NCBI RefSeq assembly: GCF_964204645.1 | Contig: NC_134030.1 | Location: forward strand, 8,705,122-8,769,121 | DNA length: 64,000 bases | Origin: Tubulanus polymorphus | Taxonomy: Eukaryota; Animalia; Nemertea | Direction: 5' to 3' | Shown: piece after piece, positions 1 to 13,800 of the stretch | How the letters are laid out: each line of letters begins with the position of its first letter | How positions within the stretch are numbered: position 1 is the first letter of the stretch | Program-made: the position numbers and the translations under genes | The notes under the pieces: model-generated | What the model was told of the DNA's origin: nothing | The model's database searches: none | What the model saw: only the letters and a program-made list of their open reading frames with translations

Positions 1-1473
1 ATAGAAATTCCTCTTATCAGGAAGGATAGTGGGGATAATGTTAAAACTGATGGTGTCGCAATAGTTCTATCAAAATCTGATACAGAGGAAGATCATTTCA
101 GTGAGGAAGTCGAAAGACGCGACTCTGGAATTGAAACTGGTCAGAGTGTTATAGATTCTACAAATGAATCGTTAAAACGAAGGTCTTTGCCAGGTCAAGA
201 CAGCATGGATACGGTTGCCAGTGAATTCATGGAAGAAATTGTGCAACCTTACAGCAGTGAAGAGGATCTAGCTATGGTTGAACAATGTCCTCTTTCAAAA
301 GAAGGTGTAGAAACGGTTTCTCAAGAGGTTCCATGTAATGAAATGAATGTAAGTCCACCTAATAAAGAACATGGAACTGAAGGAAACATCATTGCTGAAC
401 ACTACAAAAATGAAGAAAGTTTGACTGAGTCTCCAGGAAAAAGTTCTCTGCAAGCCCAAGAAATGACTGATTTGTCTCAAATTGGATTATCTTTGGAAGA
501 CATTATCAGAGCTGATTATTCGGATGGTTGTATCCCTTCTGCAGCCACAGAACTACAAAGTTCAATTCAGAGCTCAGACATTCCAAGTGATGCAAAGCCC
601 ACAGAGAAAAAAGCAAAGTCCAGGAAACTTGAGAATATAACTGTTACTATAAATTTATCTGATGAATCTGAATCAGATGATGAAAATGAAGCAGAACAGG
701 AATTCTTGTATTCAAAAGAACCAAGATTCTGTGAATCTGTTGTCATGACTGTTACCACAATCCGTCGAAAAATTTATGTTCGTCCAATCTCGCATCGAAG
801 ACGCATTCTCACCAAACAGCAAAGTTTAGCGCAGTTACATCACCAGCGATCATTGGACAATCTCGAACATGTTTACATGCATGAGTATTCAGTTCCACCT
901 TTCAGCCTACATCACAAACCCATGCAACGCCGCCAAACTCTACCTGACCAACATTCATCCACTCCAGCATCAACGAGACCCACATTGTTCAGGCATGCCA
1001 CCATTTCCGAAATGTACCCAGCAGCCACAAATTCGCGACATTCAACTCAACGCAAAGTTCTCTTAGATGTGCAGTATATTGAACTTTCTGGTCAAGATGC
1101 TCGACCAATGTTCGACGAAACGGTCGACATATCAACATTTGATCCATGTCGACAATTGAATAGTTCGGAGATTTGTTACGATACACATCACACCTATGAC
1201 GGTGCAGCGATAGATGGTGTCTTTAGTAGCATTGATCACTCGATAAGCAAAGTTGTTTATCGTAGGGCGGTGTTTGAGGATGCAAGAGCTCTCAGGCAGC
1301 ATTCGCCTCAGTTTTCCTGTGCAGAGATAAAAGATGAGTTAAACTCATCCGTGTCACGACGAGGATTAATTCGTCAGCATACAATGAACGGAATACCATC
1401 TGATTCTGATACGACTGGTATCGAAAACCGGAATGATATTGTTATGATGCGACGGCATACTTTAACGAATTAA
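1..1473 (+). CDS. Terminal coding segment (5'-partial) of an uncharacterised, acidic, Ser-rich, probably disordered protein
   Basis: Frame 1 is open from base 1 (IEIPLIRKDSGDN...RRDSGIET...) to TAA at 1471-1473, at least 490 codons. An AT-rich UTR-like stretch follows, with ATTAAA at 3363 and a GT-rich tract after it. No recognisable domain. Confidence 0.7.
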   Translation: MEIPLIRKDSGDNVKTDGVAIVLSKSDTEEDHFSEEVERRDSGIETGQSVIDSTNESLKRRSLPGQDSMDTVASEFMEEIVQPYSSEEDLAMVEQCPLSKEGVETVSQEVPCNEMNVSPPNKEHGTEGNIIAEHYKNEESLTESPGKSSLQAQEMTDLSQIGLSLEDIIRADYSDGCIPSAATELQSSIQSSDIPSDAKPTEKKAKSRKLENITVTINLSDESESDDENEAEQEFLYSKEPRFCESVVMTVTTIRRKIYVRPISHRRRILTKQQSLAQLHHQRSLDNLEHVYMHEYSVPPFSLHHKPMQRRQTLPDQHSSTPASTRPTLFRHATISEMYPAATNSRHSTQRKVLLDVQYIELSGQDARPMFDETVDISTFDPCRQLNSSEICYDTHHTYDGAAIDGVFSSIDHSISKVVYRRAVFEDARALRQHSPQFSCAEIKDELNSSVSRRGLIRQHTMNGIPSDSDTTGIENRNDIVMMRRHTLTN

Positions 1474-4400
1474 CTCAATTCAATAAGAACTAGAAAGAGA
1501 ACTGGAGAATGTTCTATGTTCTAAGGTGTTCTATGTGGTACATACATATACACGCGTTTGTAGCGAAAATTTTCATGTCCATGTGTTGGATATCTGTGGA
1601 TATAACTTCAGTCATGAACATCGATTTGATAGACATGCTGAAGCCTTTGTGTATCTTCACATTGTAGCTAAATGTGAATTCAGATGTGTAAATAAGTATG
1701 AGTATATGAAGATGTGATAAATTCTAATGTGTGATTTATGAATGGCTTCTGTGATATTGGATTATTTTATACGAACACTGTGCGTGGTGGATTTAGATAT
1801 TCGTGAAAGTTGCTTTATGACGCGACCTCTGGAGAATCTGGATGTGTAACTTGTGATGGCTCAGGATACTGAAAAAGATTGTGTAAACAGTGTTGGCGAA
1901 CTGTACATAGCGCTTAGTTCAGATACCGCGTATTCAAAGGGATTATATTTATGCCGTGGAGGACTATCTGTTTCAATTTTATATTCTTTAGTGTATTCGG
2001 CGACTAAGAAACAAAACTGTGATATAACTGCAATAATTGAATGGATTTTAGCGGTGCTCAGATATAATTGCTTTGTTTTTATCGAAATCTTTGAATATTC
2101 AACTTCAGGAATAAAGGGGCATGTACAAATCATTAGATGGATTTTTATCTGTTGAAGAAAGTATTTTTCCGGTGGGATGATTGTAATATTAATTTGCATT
2201 AAGATACATATTTGAATACATGTATTTGATAAATCTAGACTTCAGTAGCAGATATAGAATTCGGACTAGAATTCTATTGACTCAATTTGTTTTTTTCTCA
2301 AAACCTATTTTAAATCTTAATCAGCAAAGATCTGAATGTAGTAGCACACAGTCTATGAAACTGGCCCCTGGAATTTAGATGAATCATGTGCAGTTTCGTT
2401 TATTGTTTTGAAAATTTTTGATGAAGCAGTGTGTAAAAAGTCACGCGCTCATGATAGATTTTGTATTTCATTTGTTATGTTGTTTTGTTATGGATATAAT
2501 GTAACATAGCAGGTGTTTTTAATGGTCATAGATTTGTGTTGAATATTGATTGTTAAGATAAAATCATGAACAGGTTTTTTTCTGACAAAAAAAATCTATT
2601 TTTTTACGCACCCAGTGTTCCGTTTGATATCGAATGTTCCACATTAAATGTGTTTCATTTCTTTTTCAAACTTTGCAAATGCATAGCTGAAATTGTACAT
2701 ACGATAGAGTACGTTTCCTAAAAAGCCAAGTCGAATATTGTCATGAAAGCTTGTATTCCAATGCAGCTACATAATGTTATTAGGTTAACTTATGTATCGT
2801 ATGGTATGAATTTACTTTTATTGACCCAGAGGTGTTATAACGATGTAAAATATCTAGTTTTCGAAATAATTGCTGTAATTTTTTATACAGCTGTTATTTC
2901 AAACAGGGTTCAGAATTATTGATCTGCACCGAATAGATCTCCACTAACCACCACACTCCAATCTCTATTCTTCTTGAGCCGCTAAAACTGTTCGTTTTAT
3001 AATGAAAATCTATCACTGACCATGGCTGAAAGACAAATACCTTCCATGGGAGATTTATTCAGGTTTTTTGCAGCCTTTATACGTAACTTTAGATGGTCAC
3101 CAGATAAATACAAGCCGATAAATGTATTTATGTACAGCGTAGTATACAAGAACATTCGTCAGAATGACGATTCCGTTTACGTGTTACATGTTACCAAAGT
3201 TAACACTTTAATCATTCTGATGTTATAAATGGATCGAATAGATGAACCCTATACTCATCAAACATCTATGTTTTCATTCTGTCTGTATTGTAAGTTAATG
3301 TTGAAAAATTGCCCTCCTATTGTAGTCACAATATCATTGTAAACACATGTACTCACACATTCATTAAATACCTAATTATATTGTCGTGTATGTTATTTAC
3401 AAATAGTTATGTCAGTCCAGGGGCTGTTGCTTAAAAAAAACTTACTATTTTAGATCTGCCATTTGATTTATTATGAAGAAAATTGGTAAAGTTTGAATAT
3501 CCATGGGTTATTTTTGCCAGCTGAAATGTTTAAGTCGTTTTGTTCACTTAAAAGAAATGTTTGCGTATACATTATATATTTCTACCCGCTATGCATTGGT
3601 AAGAAGTGGTTTTATGAATTTGAACTGATATACCCGGTAGTAATGATTAAGCAATAATTCTATCGAATATCGAATATCCGGCCTGAAGTTTCAGAAACTG
3701 TTTGTGTATCACTCAGGGTGCAATCTGAAGCACTTGTCCTATTGCCCGGGACAGGTATATTTTCATTAGGGCAAGTAGGTTTTCGGTATCACTTGTCCAA
3801 CGGGCTAGTGCAATTTTATGTCTCAAAGGTTTTATCTCACTCGATACAACGGAGGATTGTGCCACCAATTCGACTGCCTGTGTAGGGCATGTTGATTTTT
3901 GAGTGGGCAGGCGGAATTACAGAAATGCTTGCCCCACGGGCAAGTGGCTTTTATTCCTTAGATCAAACCCCTGAAATTGTATATAATAAAAGCAACTCTT
4001 CACCATATGCATTGATAAATAATCATGTATCCTGACTGCATTGTAAAATAAGTATCTGAAGATTATTTACATAATGTATGACTTAATTGAAATTCGACAA
4101 AGATTATTGTACGTACATGCCATATATACGAGTATTTAGTAATATCATTTTATACGAGGATTATTTGCCGGGTGTTTCAGAGTCTGCTGCTGCTGCTGCC
4201 GTATAAAGCATTTGATTATTTGTGATGAGAATCGATACAGCTGCCTGTTGAATATACCTTACGCATACGATACTGCTATACTATAGCGTACAGGGATTTT
4301 GTGGTATGGGCAAAGATAAGTGATTTCGGGCACGGATCAATATTCCAAGCCCAACCAGGTTGTGATGTGTAGATTCTATTCAATTGTCGCTTATAGAAAC

Positions 4401-5142
4401 ATATTACACTTATTTTAATAAATATGATAACACGAATACGTAGTCGTTCATATTATTGTTGTTAGTTCGTTCGATTTCTTATCCTTCATATGAATTTGCG
4501 AATTGTTCAAAACTCTACTTTGAAACAGGATCCTTCGGGGTACTCGTGGGCAGGAATCTCCTCGGGTAGGGCGAAATCGGCAATAACCGGAGTACGAGCG
4601 CCGAAGACGAGTCGATCGTGAGGGAGGTTTGGAGGTTCTCCCCAAGAAAATTTTGAATATCCCCTATGAATATTCCCTCACGATGCCCTTGGGTACTCGA
4701 TCACGGAGTGAAATATATAGTCGAACTTGGTTGCAACGAACTTCAGGGGACCAGAAAATGTGTTTTATTGATAGTTCTTCATATATATCCAGTGTCGACT
4801 TATTGAAATTGTCCTATTTGGGACGAAATTCGAGAGTTTGCATATTACTTGTGTGCATTTTAAAGTACATCCACATCTCCATCCCTCCACTTTGTCAAGC
4901 ACAACAAACACGTGGTTTTCTTGGAAGAATATGACAGTAGTTTCAGCTCGAGTCGGTTCCGATCGATTCATATTTCGTGACACTATGTATGAAATAGATA
5001 ACATCGAATTTGGATGTCACCCAAGTCGGACGAATTTCCACGGTCCCAAGATGTCTGACTTGAACGGAGTGTCGATTGTAGCTCTTCGGGTATTCATGTT
5101 ATTTACGAACCATTAAACAAAATATATAGATATATATAATGA

Positions 5143-5941
<799 letters not shown>

Positions 5942-8498
5942 AACAATGTTAAACAAAGTATGGTGTGTAGTTTGATAGGTGTACATGTAGTCGTTTCCTA
6001 GACAGTTCTGCTACGTGTCTATTTGATTTTAGTTGAATGATACTGATTCTTCAGATATCCAAGGTGCTCGATGTATATGACAAAAAGTTCATCTGTCTGA
6101 TTCTGATCAAAAATAAGATAAAGCCATTCGTTCTGAATCGATTCAATGAAATAATGAATTTAGTTGTAAATGACAGTTATTGTTATACTTTGAATATACA
6201 AAGCCGAAGACAGTGACACTGTGTTAAACTGTATAATATTGTCCCCGCATCACGTGGAAAAGATATGACTCAAATTGTGATTTTGAAGGCAGTATGAATA
6301 AGTGAAAAATGTTATATATATACATGTATGTAATAATGTGCTAAATCATGTCAAAATAAATTTATTTCAATTGTGAATAAATAAGCAATCACGAAGTTCT
6401 CCCTAAGTTTTATCTCCAAAGTAGAAACGAATATTTGATTGGACGGTATATCTTCAGAGGAGATGGCTACTGTCAAGCGAGTTCTCGTATTTTTCCAGCT
6501 GATACTATGATTCTGCATCTGCTACATGTAAACATGGTTCGTGGTCGTGGGCACAAAAAGTGCGGGAAAAGTAGCGCTTTTAGTGAATTACGCCTATGAT
6601 GGACATCGTAACAAGATTTGTGAAACCATCACCATTGGATGACCTGGAACAGACTGAACTCGTTCACGAAATCTGATCTTTTAAACCAAAATCAAAAGTT
6701 GCATAAAACATCTTTTCTATTTAAAGTGGCTTTAAATTCGTTATTAATTGAGCGAACAATTTCTCTTCATTAGATAAAGCATTGGCGTTGATGGAATTAA
6801 CGAATGAAACAATATCTATCTCCACAACAATTTTTCCACAATGAAATTCGTCTTGCAAGAGTAAATTTGTATAGGGGTTTACTATTTTTGGTGGGGGAGG
6901 GCAACGGGTATTTGTATTCGGCACATCAATTAATTGCTCTCAATAATATGGAAGGAAAGAAGTGGAAATTTATTGAATGTTTTTGGTGAATGGTCATTTA
7001 ATCAATGTTAATGAATAGTTCATTCTGTATATAAATAGATTAATTAAGCAAATGAGTTTTTGCTGAAAAAAATTGAATACAGAATACCGTTACCTAAAAA
7101 AATATGGAAACATCATTTAGAATTTAGGTCGGATTCTTGCAAGTATCATACATTATTAGCACTAAACACCTCAGTGGTCTGTATTGTTGGTAATAAGGAA
7201 ATTATGTTCTGGCGGTAAATATTTACTAATTTTAGTTCACAGAAATTCCGCTATAGTTATTCACCACCTAATACAGCCGCGCGATTCTACTCTGGCACGG
7301 GAGGAATTCAGATACTTTTTCAGTCAAATTTAATCACAACTCAACTGTAGTTTGACACAAATGGATAATCGTATAAATTTTAAAGCTTTATTTAACAGGA
7401 ATCTGCTTATGTGATCGATTTTCAAGCCACTTTAAAGAGGACTCTTTGCTCGGCGAATGTATAAGCATCTGGTGAAGCAGCAGACTCACGTGCCACACGA
7501 TAAATTTAAAGGAAATAAGATTTTATTCCAAAGGATTTTCAGATCATAAACTATATAACAAACAATCATTTCACAAAGACAATAGTCTGCACTTACGTCG
7601 TATGTAATGGGACAAATAAATTGACCATGTCCAAAGGACATGTTTACTGCTTAGAAATGATGTGTGCTTGGCCTTTTAATTAGATCATCTCTTGAGTACT
7701 CTTGACTCTTACAAAATGTTGTGACAAGTATTCAGATAACTTGTAAATCAAAAAGTACCTTTTCAGCACTTTTTGATATTTTCATGACAAATTTTTCCAA
7801 AAAATATCCCAGCAGCAGATTCATTAGTCCTTGCAATTTTGTGGGAAATCCTGCAAACATTCCATTGTTTCTGTAAAACAATTCGGTCCAATCAAAATAA
7901 CATCGAAAATTAATGTATTTGAAGTGTGTTGCCAGGACTATATAGATAGATAGATAGCATGTTTTGATAGAATCAATTTTTTTGTAAACTGATTTTATTT
8001 TGCTTTGAAATCAACCATTATACAATCTTATTTCATTGATATCTTGAAGTCTATGCAACTACATTAAACAATATACAAATCACCTCATAACTACACATTT
8101 ACGTCATTTGCTATACTACAGTCCTGAATGACTGAATATGTGAAGTAATTTAAATGCTTTAAGTATTTGTAACTATTTTTAAATGATAATGAGTCAATAA
8201 TACACTAGGTACGACAGGTATTAATTCTCTATATCAATCAGTAGCGAATATTAAAATACCGATAATTAGAGATAATAGCACAGATTTAACAGTAATGATT
8301 TTGTGTTTTCTGTACGTAATATAAAGGCAAAGATTGGATCGCTCTACTAAGATTCAGTTGACGATTTAATCGTCACTCTCATTTTCATTGAAAGCTTGAT
8401 TCGGGATCATGTATCACCAGAGTTTTGAGATAGATAGAATATTTGCTTAATGGCCAGTATCTCAGTTTTTCGAAAGTCAGAGAGAAAAGCTACGTTCT

Positions 8499-9749
8499 TC
8501 AACTGTTTTGTAAGTTTAGATAAAACAACAGATCCTCGATGTTGTTATCATCCTGTTTCAAAATATTCTCGACCTCTTCACGTTGTTTTTCGCGTACTGA
8601 TTTCTGTTTAACTGGTACCTGATGTTGCTGATGCTGTTTCCGTTGCTGATGGTGCGACGACGATGACGACTGTTGCCGCGTATGCCCGCGCTGTAAAATC
8701 GGCACGTCGCCCGATTCACCGATTTCGCAATCGTCGACGTCATTTTTCTCATCTTCGCGAAGCACGGGAACGACGTCGTACAAAATCTCGGCATTCTCCT
8801 GTAGACGATACGCCAGCAATTTCTCGTTGACGTGCACGCTGCATCCGTCGGCCATGATATGACCGACGACTCGCGCAATATTGCGCGCGTCGTCGATACC
8901 GCTGTGCGGTTTACCGATGAATGCCATTCCCAAATTCTCGAGCATCGCGCGTAAATTCGCCTTGGCGAATCCGTAAAAATTACGATACGTCTTACGCACA
9001 TTGACCCACTTGCGCGCCCACCGCGGAAACTTTATCTCCGATATTTGACATTGTTTCTGCATGAATCGACTCATATCCCACGGCCCGTCGGTGACGATCG
9101 CGTACGTCGATGCGCCGTCGTTCGAGCACAGCGAAAGCCATGATTCCATTCGCTGAAGAACGTCGGGGAAAGCGTCGGCGCTGTCGATCACCTCCTGGGT
9201 AATACCCGTCAACTCTGTGCAGAACGGTGACAATTTCGAGTTCTTCTGCGGCCTGCAATATTCGTGAAACTCCGATTCGACTTTTAACGTGTTAGTGTTC
9301 AGCAAAATGGCCGGAAACTCGATTATCTCATGCGGAAAGTTTGTGCCGTTACTTTCCTCACAGGTCGCCTCGAAATCGATGATTACGAGATAATCGTATG
9401 GCGTTTCACGTTTAGTTACGTTCGCGATGCGCGCTTTAACGAGTTTCTGTTTTTTGTACAAATTCTTCAGACGCTTTTTCAGAACTTCTTTCACGCCACG
9501 CGTGTCCATGTGATACTTAGCAAGCTGTTCCCGTAGCTCCAGTTTCGTCATTCTGTTCACTTCGCCGTTCGTCAGCGATATCTGTTTGTAAACGGGATCG
9601 CTGAACGGGCCATCGTAAGAATGCCTCTGATCATCTTTATTGACTGTCCGCTGTGGATTCGGTTTATGTCGGGGTTTCCAGTTATGCACAGTTGCCGCAT
9701 CGGGACCTTCCCCGCAGACATCCAACTGCAATAAGCCTCCTTCTGCCAT
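8499..9749 (-). CDS. ERI1: 3'-5' exoribonuclease 1 (SAP domain + DEDDh exonuclease), single coding exon, 416 aa
   Basis: SAP-like MTKLELREQLAKYHMDTRGVKEVLKKRL. Exonuclease motifs IIDFEATC, EIIEFPA, TDGPWD and HSGIDDARNIA. The probable ATG (9749) lies just after a 5'UTR acceptor (ttgcag, about 9768). Minus-strand AATAAA at about 7522. Confidence 0.93.
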   Translation of the reverse strand: MAEGGLLQLDVCGEGPDAATVHNWKPRHKPNPQRTVNKDDQRHSYDGPFSDPVYKQISLTNGEVNRMTKLELREQLAKYHMDTRGVKEVLKKRLKNLYKKQKLVKARIANVTKRETPYDYLVIIDFEATCEESNGTNFPHEIIEFPAILLNTNTLKVESEFHEYCRPQKNSKLSPFCTELTGITQEVIDSADAFPDVLQRMESWLSLCSNDGASTYAIVTDGPWDMSRFMQKQCQISEIKFPRWARKWVNVRKTYRNFYGFAKANLRAMLENLGMAFIGKPHSGIDDARNIARVVGHIMADGCSVHVNEKLLAYRLQENAEILYDVVPVLREDEKNDVDDCEIGESGDVPILQRGHTRQQSSSSSHHQQRKQHQQHQVPVKQKSVREKQREEVENILKQDDNNIEDLLFYLNLQNS

Positions 9750-9930
9750 AATAACAAACACGAAAATCTGCAATCGAGAAACAATACATATCAAAACTCT
9801 CATCTCATAAAAAACCCAAAAATTTGAAATAAATTGAATTAAACTTTAACCATCTTAAGGTTAATAGAGCTTTAAAAAAAACAAATCAGAACAACATTCT
9901 TCACGATATGTGGAAAATACATCTGATAGG

Positions 9931-10890
9931 TATGGAAGCCCTGAAACGACATTACAAATTATGTTTTACAAATTACGAGTTTAAGGTTAACGATTTACCA
10001 TAATGAGCTCCCTGCATTTCATATTTCGCGCCAGGTCAAGGCCTTAAACAATTACGTTTTACGAATTACGTTTCATGACTTAGGCCTACGTTTTACGCAT
10101 TACGTTTTACGAACGTTTTCCATTGACTTATTGGCTATTGCTTCAAGAGTTTTTCGGAAAAACACAGGCTTTGCAATGAAGTCGAATCATGACGAAGAAT
10201 GAATCTGACTGAATTTATTTTGCATTTTGAAATATATACATGTATATATCAATAGTAAAATTGACAGAGTTTCGTATGCATTTTTTATTACAATATAGAG
10301 TAATAATGAGACTAAGGAAGTCAAAAAGTGACTTATGATAATTTCAAATGATTAAAAATATAGAGATTCAGCCTGCATATGCCCGGATTAATTTCTTAAT
10401 AAATTAATAAAACACTGACACAGTCCTGTTTGGCAAGGGCACGATGATTAAGATGATACAAAACTGAAAATTATTCGGGGTTCATGGAGATAAAAAGGAA
10501 TTTGACTCCATATCGGTGCGGATACAATTGTTCAATTGTAACCAATGATCAGAACAAGTCTTAGCTTTTAATAATGAAAATATATATTTATATTTGAAAG
10601 CAAAGCGTTTGGGCTGCAATGTCATCGATCATTAGTTCATTCATCGTTATTAGTTCGGCAAAAAATTACAACCGATCACACTACAGTGCTGCCTTCTCTG
10701 CCTGCTGCCCAAAGTTATTCACGACACAGAGAGTGCACCACAACCTTGACCATTTGTGATAAATTGAACCGAAATGTAGTGGTAAATCGTTGCCCAAAAT
10801 ATAAGTCGTAAAAAGTAACTCGTAAGATGTAATTCGTAAAAAACGTAATTCGTAAAACGTAATTCGTTATGTCGTTTCAGGGCTTCCATA
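9931..10890. mobile_element. Non-autonomous DNA transposon with 22-bp TIRs and a 6-bp TSD (IS3EU-like termini)
   Basis: TATGGAAGCCCTGAAACGACAT at 9931 and its exact reverse complement ending at 10890. GATAGG flanks both ends (9925-9930, 10891-10896). Subterminal ttacg/ttttacg repeats; no ORF. Confidence 0.85.
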
Positions 10891-13800
10891 GATAGGGTTC
10901 TTAGTCTTTATCAAATCTATATCTTCGAAATAACACTTTCTCGTACAAACAATCAATTCTATATCTTCGAAATAACACTTTCTCGTACAAACATACCGCT
11001 AAAATATCTTAATTTTTCACAAAACCATCATTACGGAAGTAGAATTGTTACTCCACCTCTTCATACCCGAAGCCTTGCCGAAACCGAATGGTTATAATAA
11101 AACACGGATCTGGACTTACAATCGGTACAACGGATTGACACTAAGAGTCAACGAGCCTAGGGTTCCCTGTCCCAGATTCCGCTTCCAAAGTTCTCGGTTC
11201 AGCGTGTGACTTTTAGATTATTTTTTCACTCTTAAATTGAATTAAACTTTAAAGCGGAAACTGGATCTAATAAAAACGCCTAACTGATGGGACAGACTTG
11301 GGAAAGACCAGTACTTCAGATCATCTGGATATTCGCAATATTTTCCTCTCCTCATGGACCAAACATGATCTTTGCTAGAAATTGAGTATAAAATCCATCA
11401 CGACAAACCCTTTTTACTGCTATTTTATATTTATTGTCCACTACAGACAGCCTGACAAGACGGTGACAAACGTATTTTGTGACATTGCAAATTGTGTGAC
11501 AACAGAATGATACTGATATCTCTAACTTAACTCGAATTACAAAGACCAAGTCTTGACCAGACAGTAGGCCTAAATCCAATCTCAATTCCAATTGCATGCT
11601 CGCTAGTGTAGTTATTCATAAATTCCAGCGCTTTAAACCTCATCACTGTATCAGAATCTAGGAGTTTCGCCGTTATTTGGAATCTCATTTCATGACGATT
11701 AGTGCTGGATTCGTTTAATCTCTTTGATTCGTGATTGACGATACTTTCTGAAATTAAATCAATATAGATGTACTAACAATTAAATCTGGATTGACTTTTC
11801 AATTCATGTTTCATCCGTTTTTTAAACTGACCATGATACAACAACAATTCATTCTGTGCACGTTGAGCTCAATTTAATACGTATAACTTCTAATTCTTAA
11901 GAAATCCTGAGTTGTATCTCAGAGAATCTTCATCAGAACACAATCAATGACCTACAATAGACAATCAACAGAATATTTGTAAATAAGTATTCATTTACTG
12001 TTCACAAGTTTTAAAAGACTGAAGTGAAGTTACCTGTCGTATAATATTTTCACCCCAATGAAATTGACTGCTAATGTCCAGTGTCACGTTCAGAATAATA
12101 AATTAATCATCTTAAGTGAACAAACAAATTGCCAGTGTCGTGGCCTCTGCTGCATGGCTGGTTCAGTTCAGTATGTCAGTGACAGTAGAGATTGGTTTAT
12201 CCATCTCAAGTTCATTGTTGTCGATTGACGACGGTTCCTTCAAGCAGGGTAGATTTAGACGGCGATGTAACGGAGACATCCTGAATTGCATATCGATATT
12301 TTCGAAGCCACACGTAGTACAGGTGCCCGCAGAAAAGTTACCAGAACCTGATAGTTTTTGTCGGGTTTCTTTCTTCATTGGTGTAAAAACCGACTTTAAA
12401 GCGGTCCATGGAACGTAAATCGAGACACTTCGAGGCCAAATTCGGTTTTCGTATCTAGTCGACTATAGTGGTCGGAACTAATAACCGAATGCGCTTGATT
12501 TTCGAACTTTTCCGGAATCTAGTTCCGACTTACGGACATTCGGTTGGTTTCGTTTAGTTCGACTATAGTCGACTAACTCAGATAACCGAAGGTGGCCCTG
12601 GGTTCGTGAAAATGATTCACAGGCCGGCCGTGAAAAGCAGTTAATTTTATAGCGGGGCAGTGAAATGGGGGTGTTACTAAAAACCATGCGCTACTAAAAC
12701 GAAGACCTATGCACTTTGGGGTATTAGAACTATGCATGACTAAAAAGAAGTCCGAAGATACTCGAAATCATCACTTGGGGCGCTCTGTACCACCTCTGCC
12801 GGTTTGCTTAAATAAACGAATGACAAATTTCAAAATCAATCATATTTATTCTCATACAACAATTATACAAAATGCCAGGTTTGTGCTCGAGGAATTATAA
12901 TGTAAGCTCCTCAAACACGGACTTTCAAAAACAACTAGTCCAACCACCATAGGCGTATTAACTATAAACGAGAGTTTATATACGCCCATGGCCCAACCAT
13001 AGACTCTAAAACAGAAACGTCTATGGCCTACAACCATGGACTCTTGAACCGTGAGTCCATGGCTCCCCGCACCAAAACCAGAGATAAACCTGGCCAAATA
13101 CTCTGGAAAGCCTAGGATTAAGTAATCAATCTGATTTACATTCTTACATCATTTCATTTTCACATATCATTTATTTCTATTACTATGTATGAAATTGTAC
13201 TAACTTAAAACAAAGTTACATGTAAGGTTTTTAGAAGTCTTTATCTATGATACATTTCCACTACAGCTGATTAATACAATTTGCATCGATAGGAAAATAA
13301 CAAAAATACACAAAGAATTATAAACTTTGATCCATAAAAAAACCGAAAATTGGACTAGTCTAAGATTATGAATTTGACAATTCATGAGGTCAAAATAACC
13401 GACACTTTGTTATATTTCATGAAATATGAATCTATCATGTCAACTTTTCAAATGACATCGATTGAGGACATCTCATTTAGCAAGAAAAAGCTCAACTTTA
13501 TTCAATAGGACCTGTATAAATCAATTTTTTATGAACAATTGACATGAACACGTCATTTTATCTCCACAACAACAATTATACCTAAATGACAGGTATTCAT
13601 GTACTGGAGAAAGTGCCTCAGTCATTTACAAAAACGTAACCTGTATTTCAAAAAAGTCTCCAACATAAAAACATTATAACCGGAGATAAAACCACAAATT
13701 CAATCTGGAAAGCTAAAGATTAGATTAAATAAACAGTCTTTGATTTAATTTTCATTAACATTATTTTACAAGATAGCTAGTTTTGCCACCTTTGCCTTGT

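Noticed and set aside
12163-12378. 71-aa ORF with a CxxC motif
   Set aside because: No recognisable family or supporting exon structure, and it adjoins a repeat-like segment.
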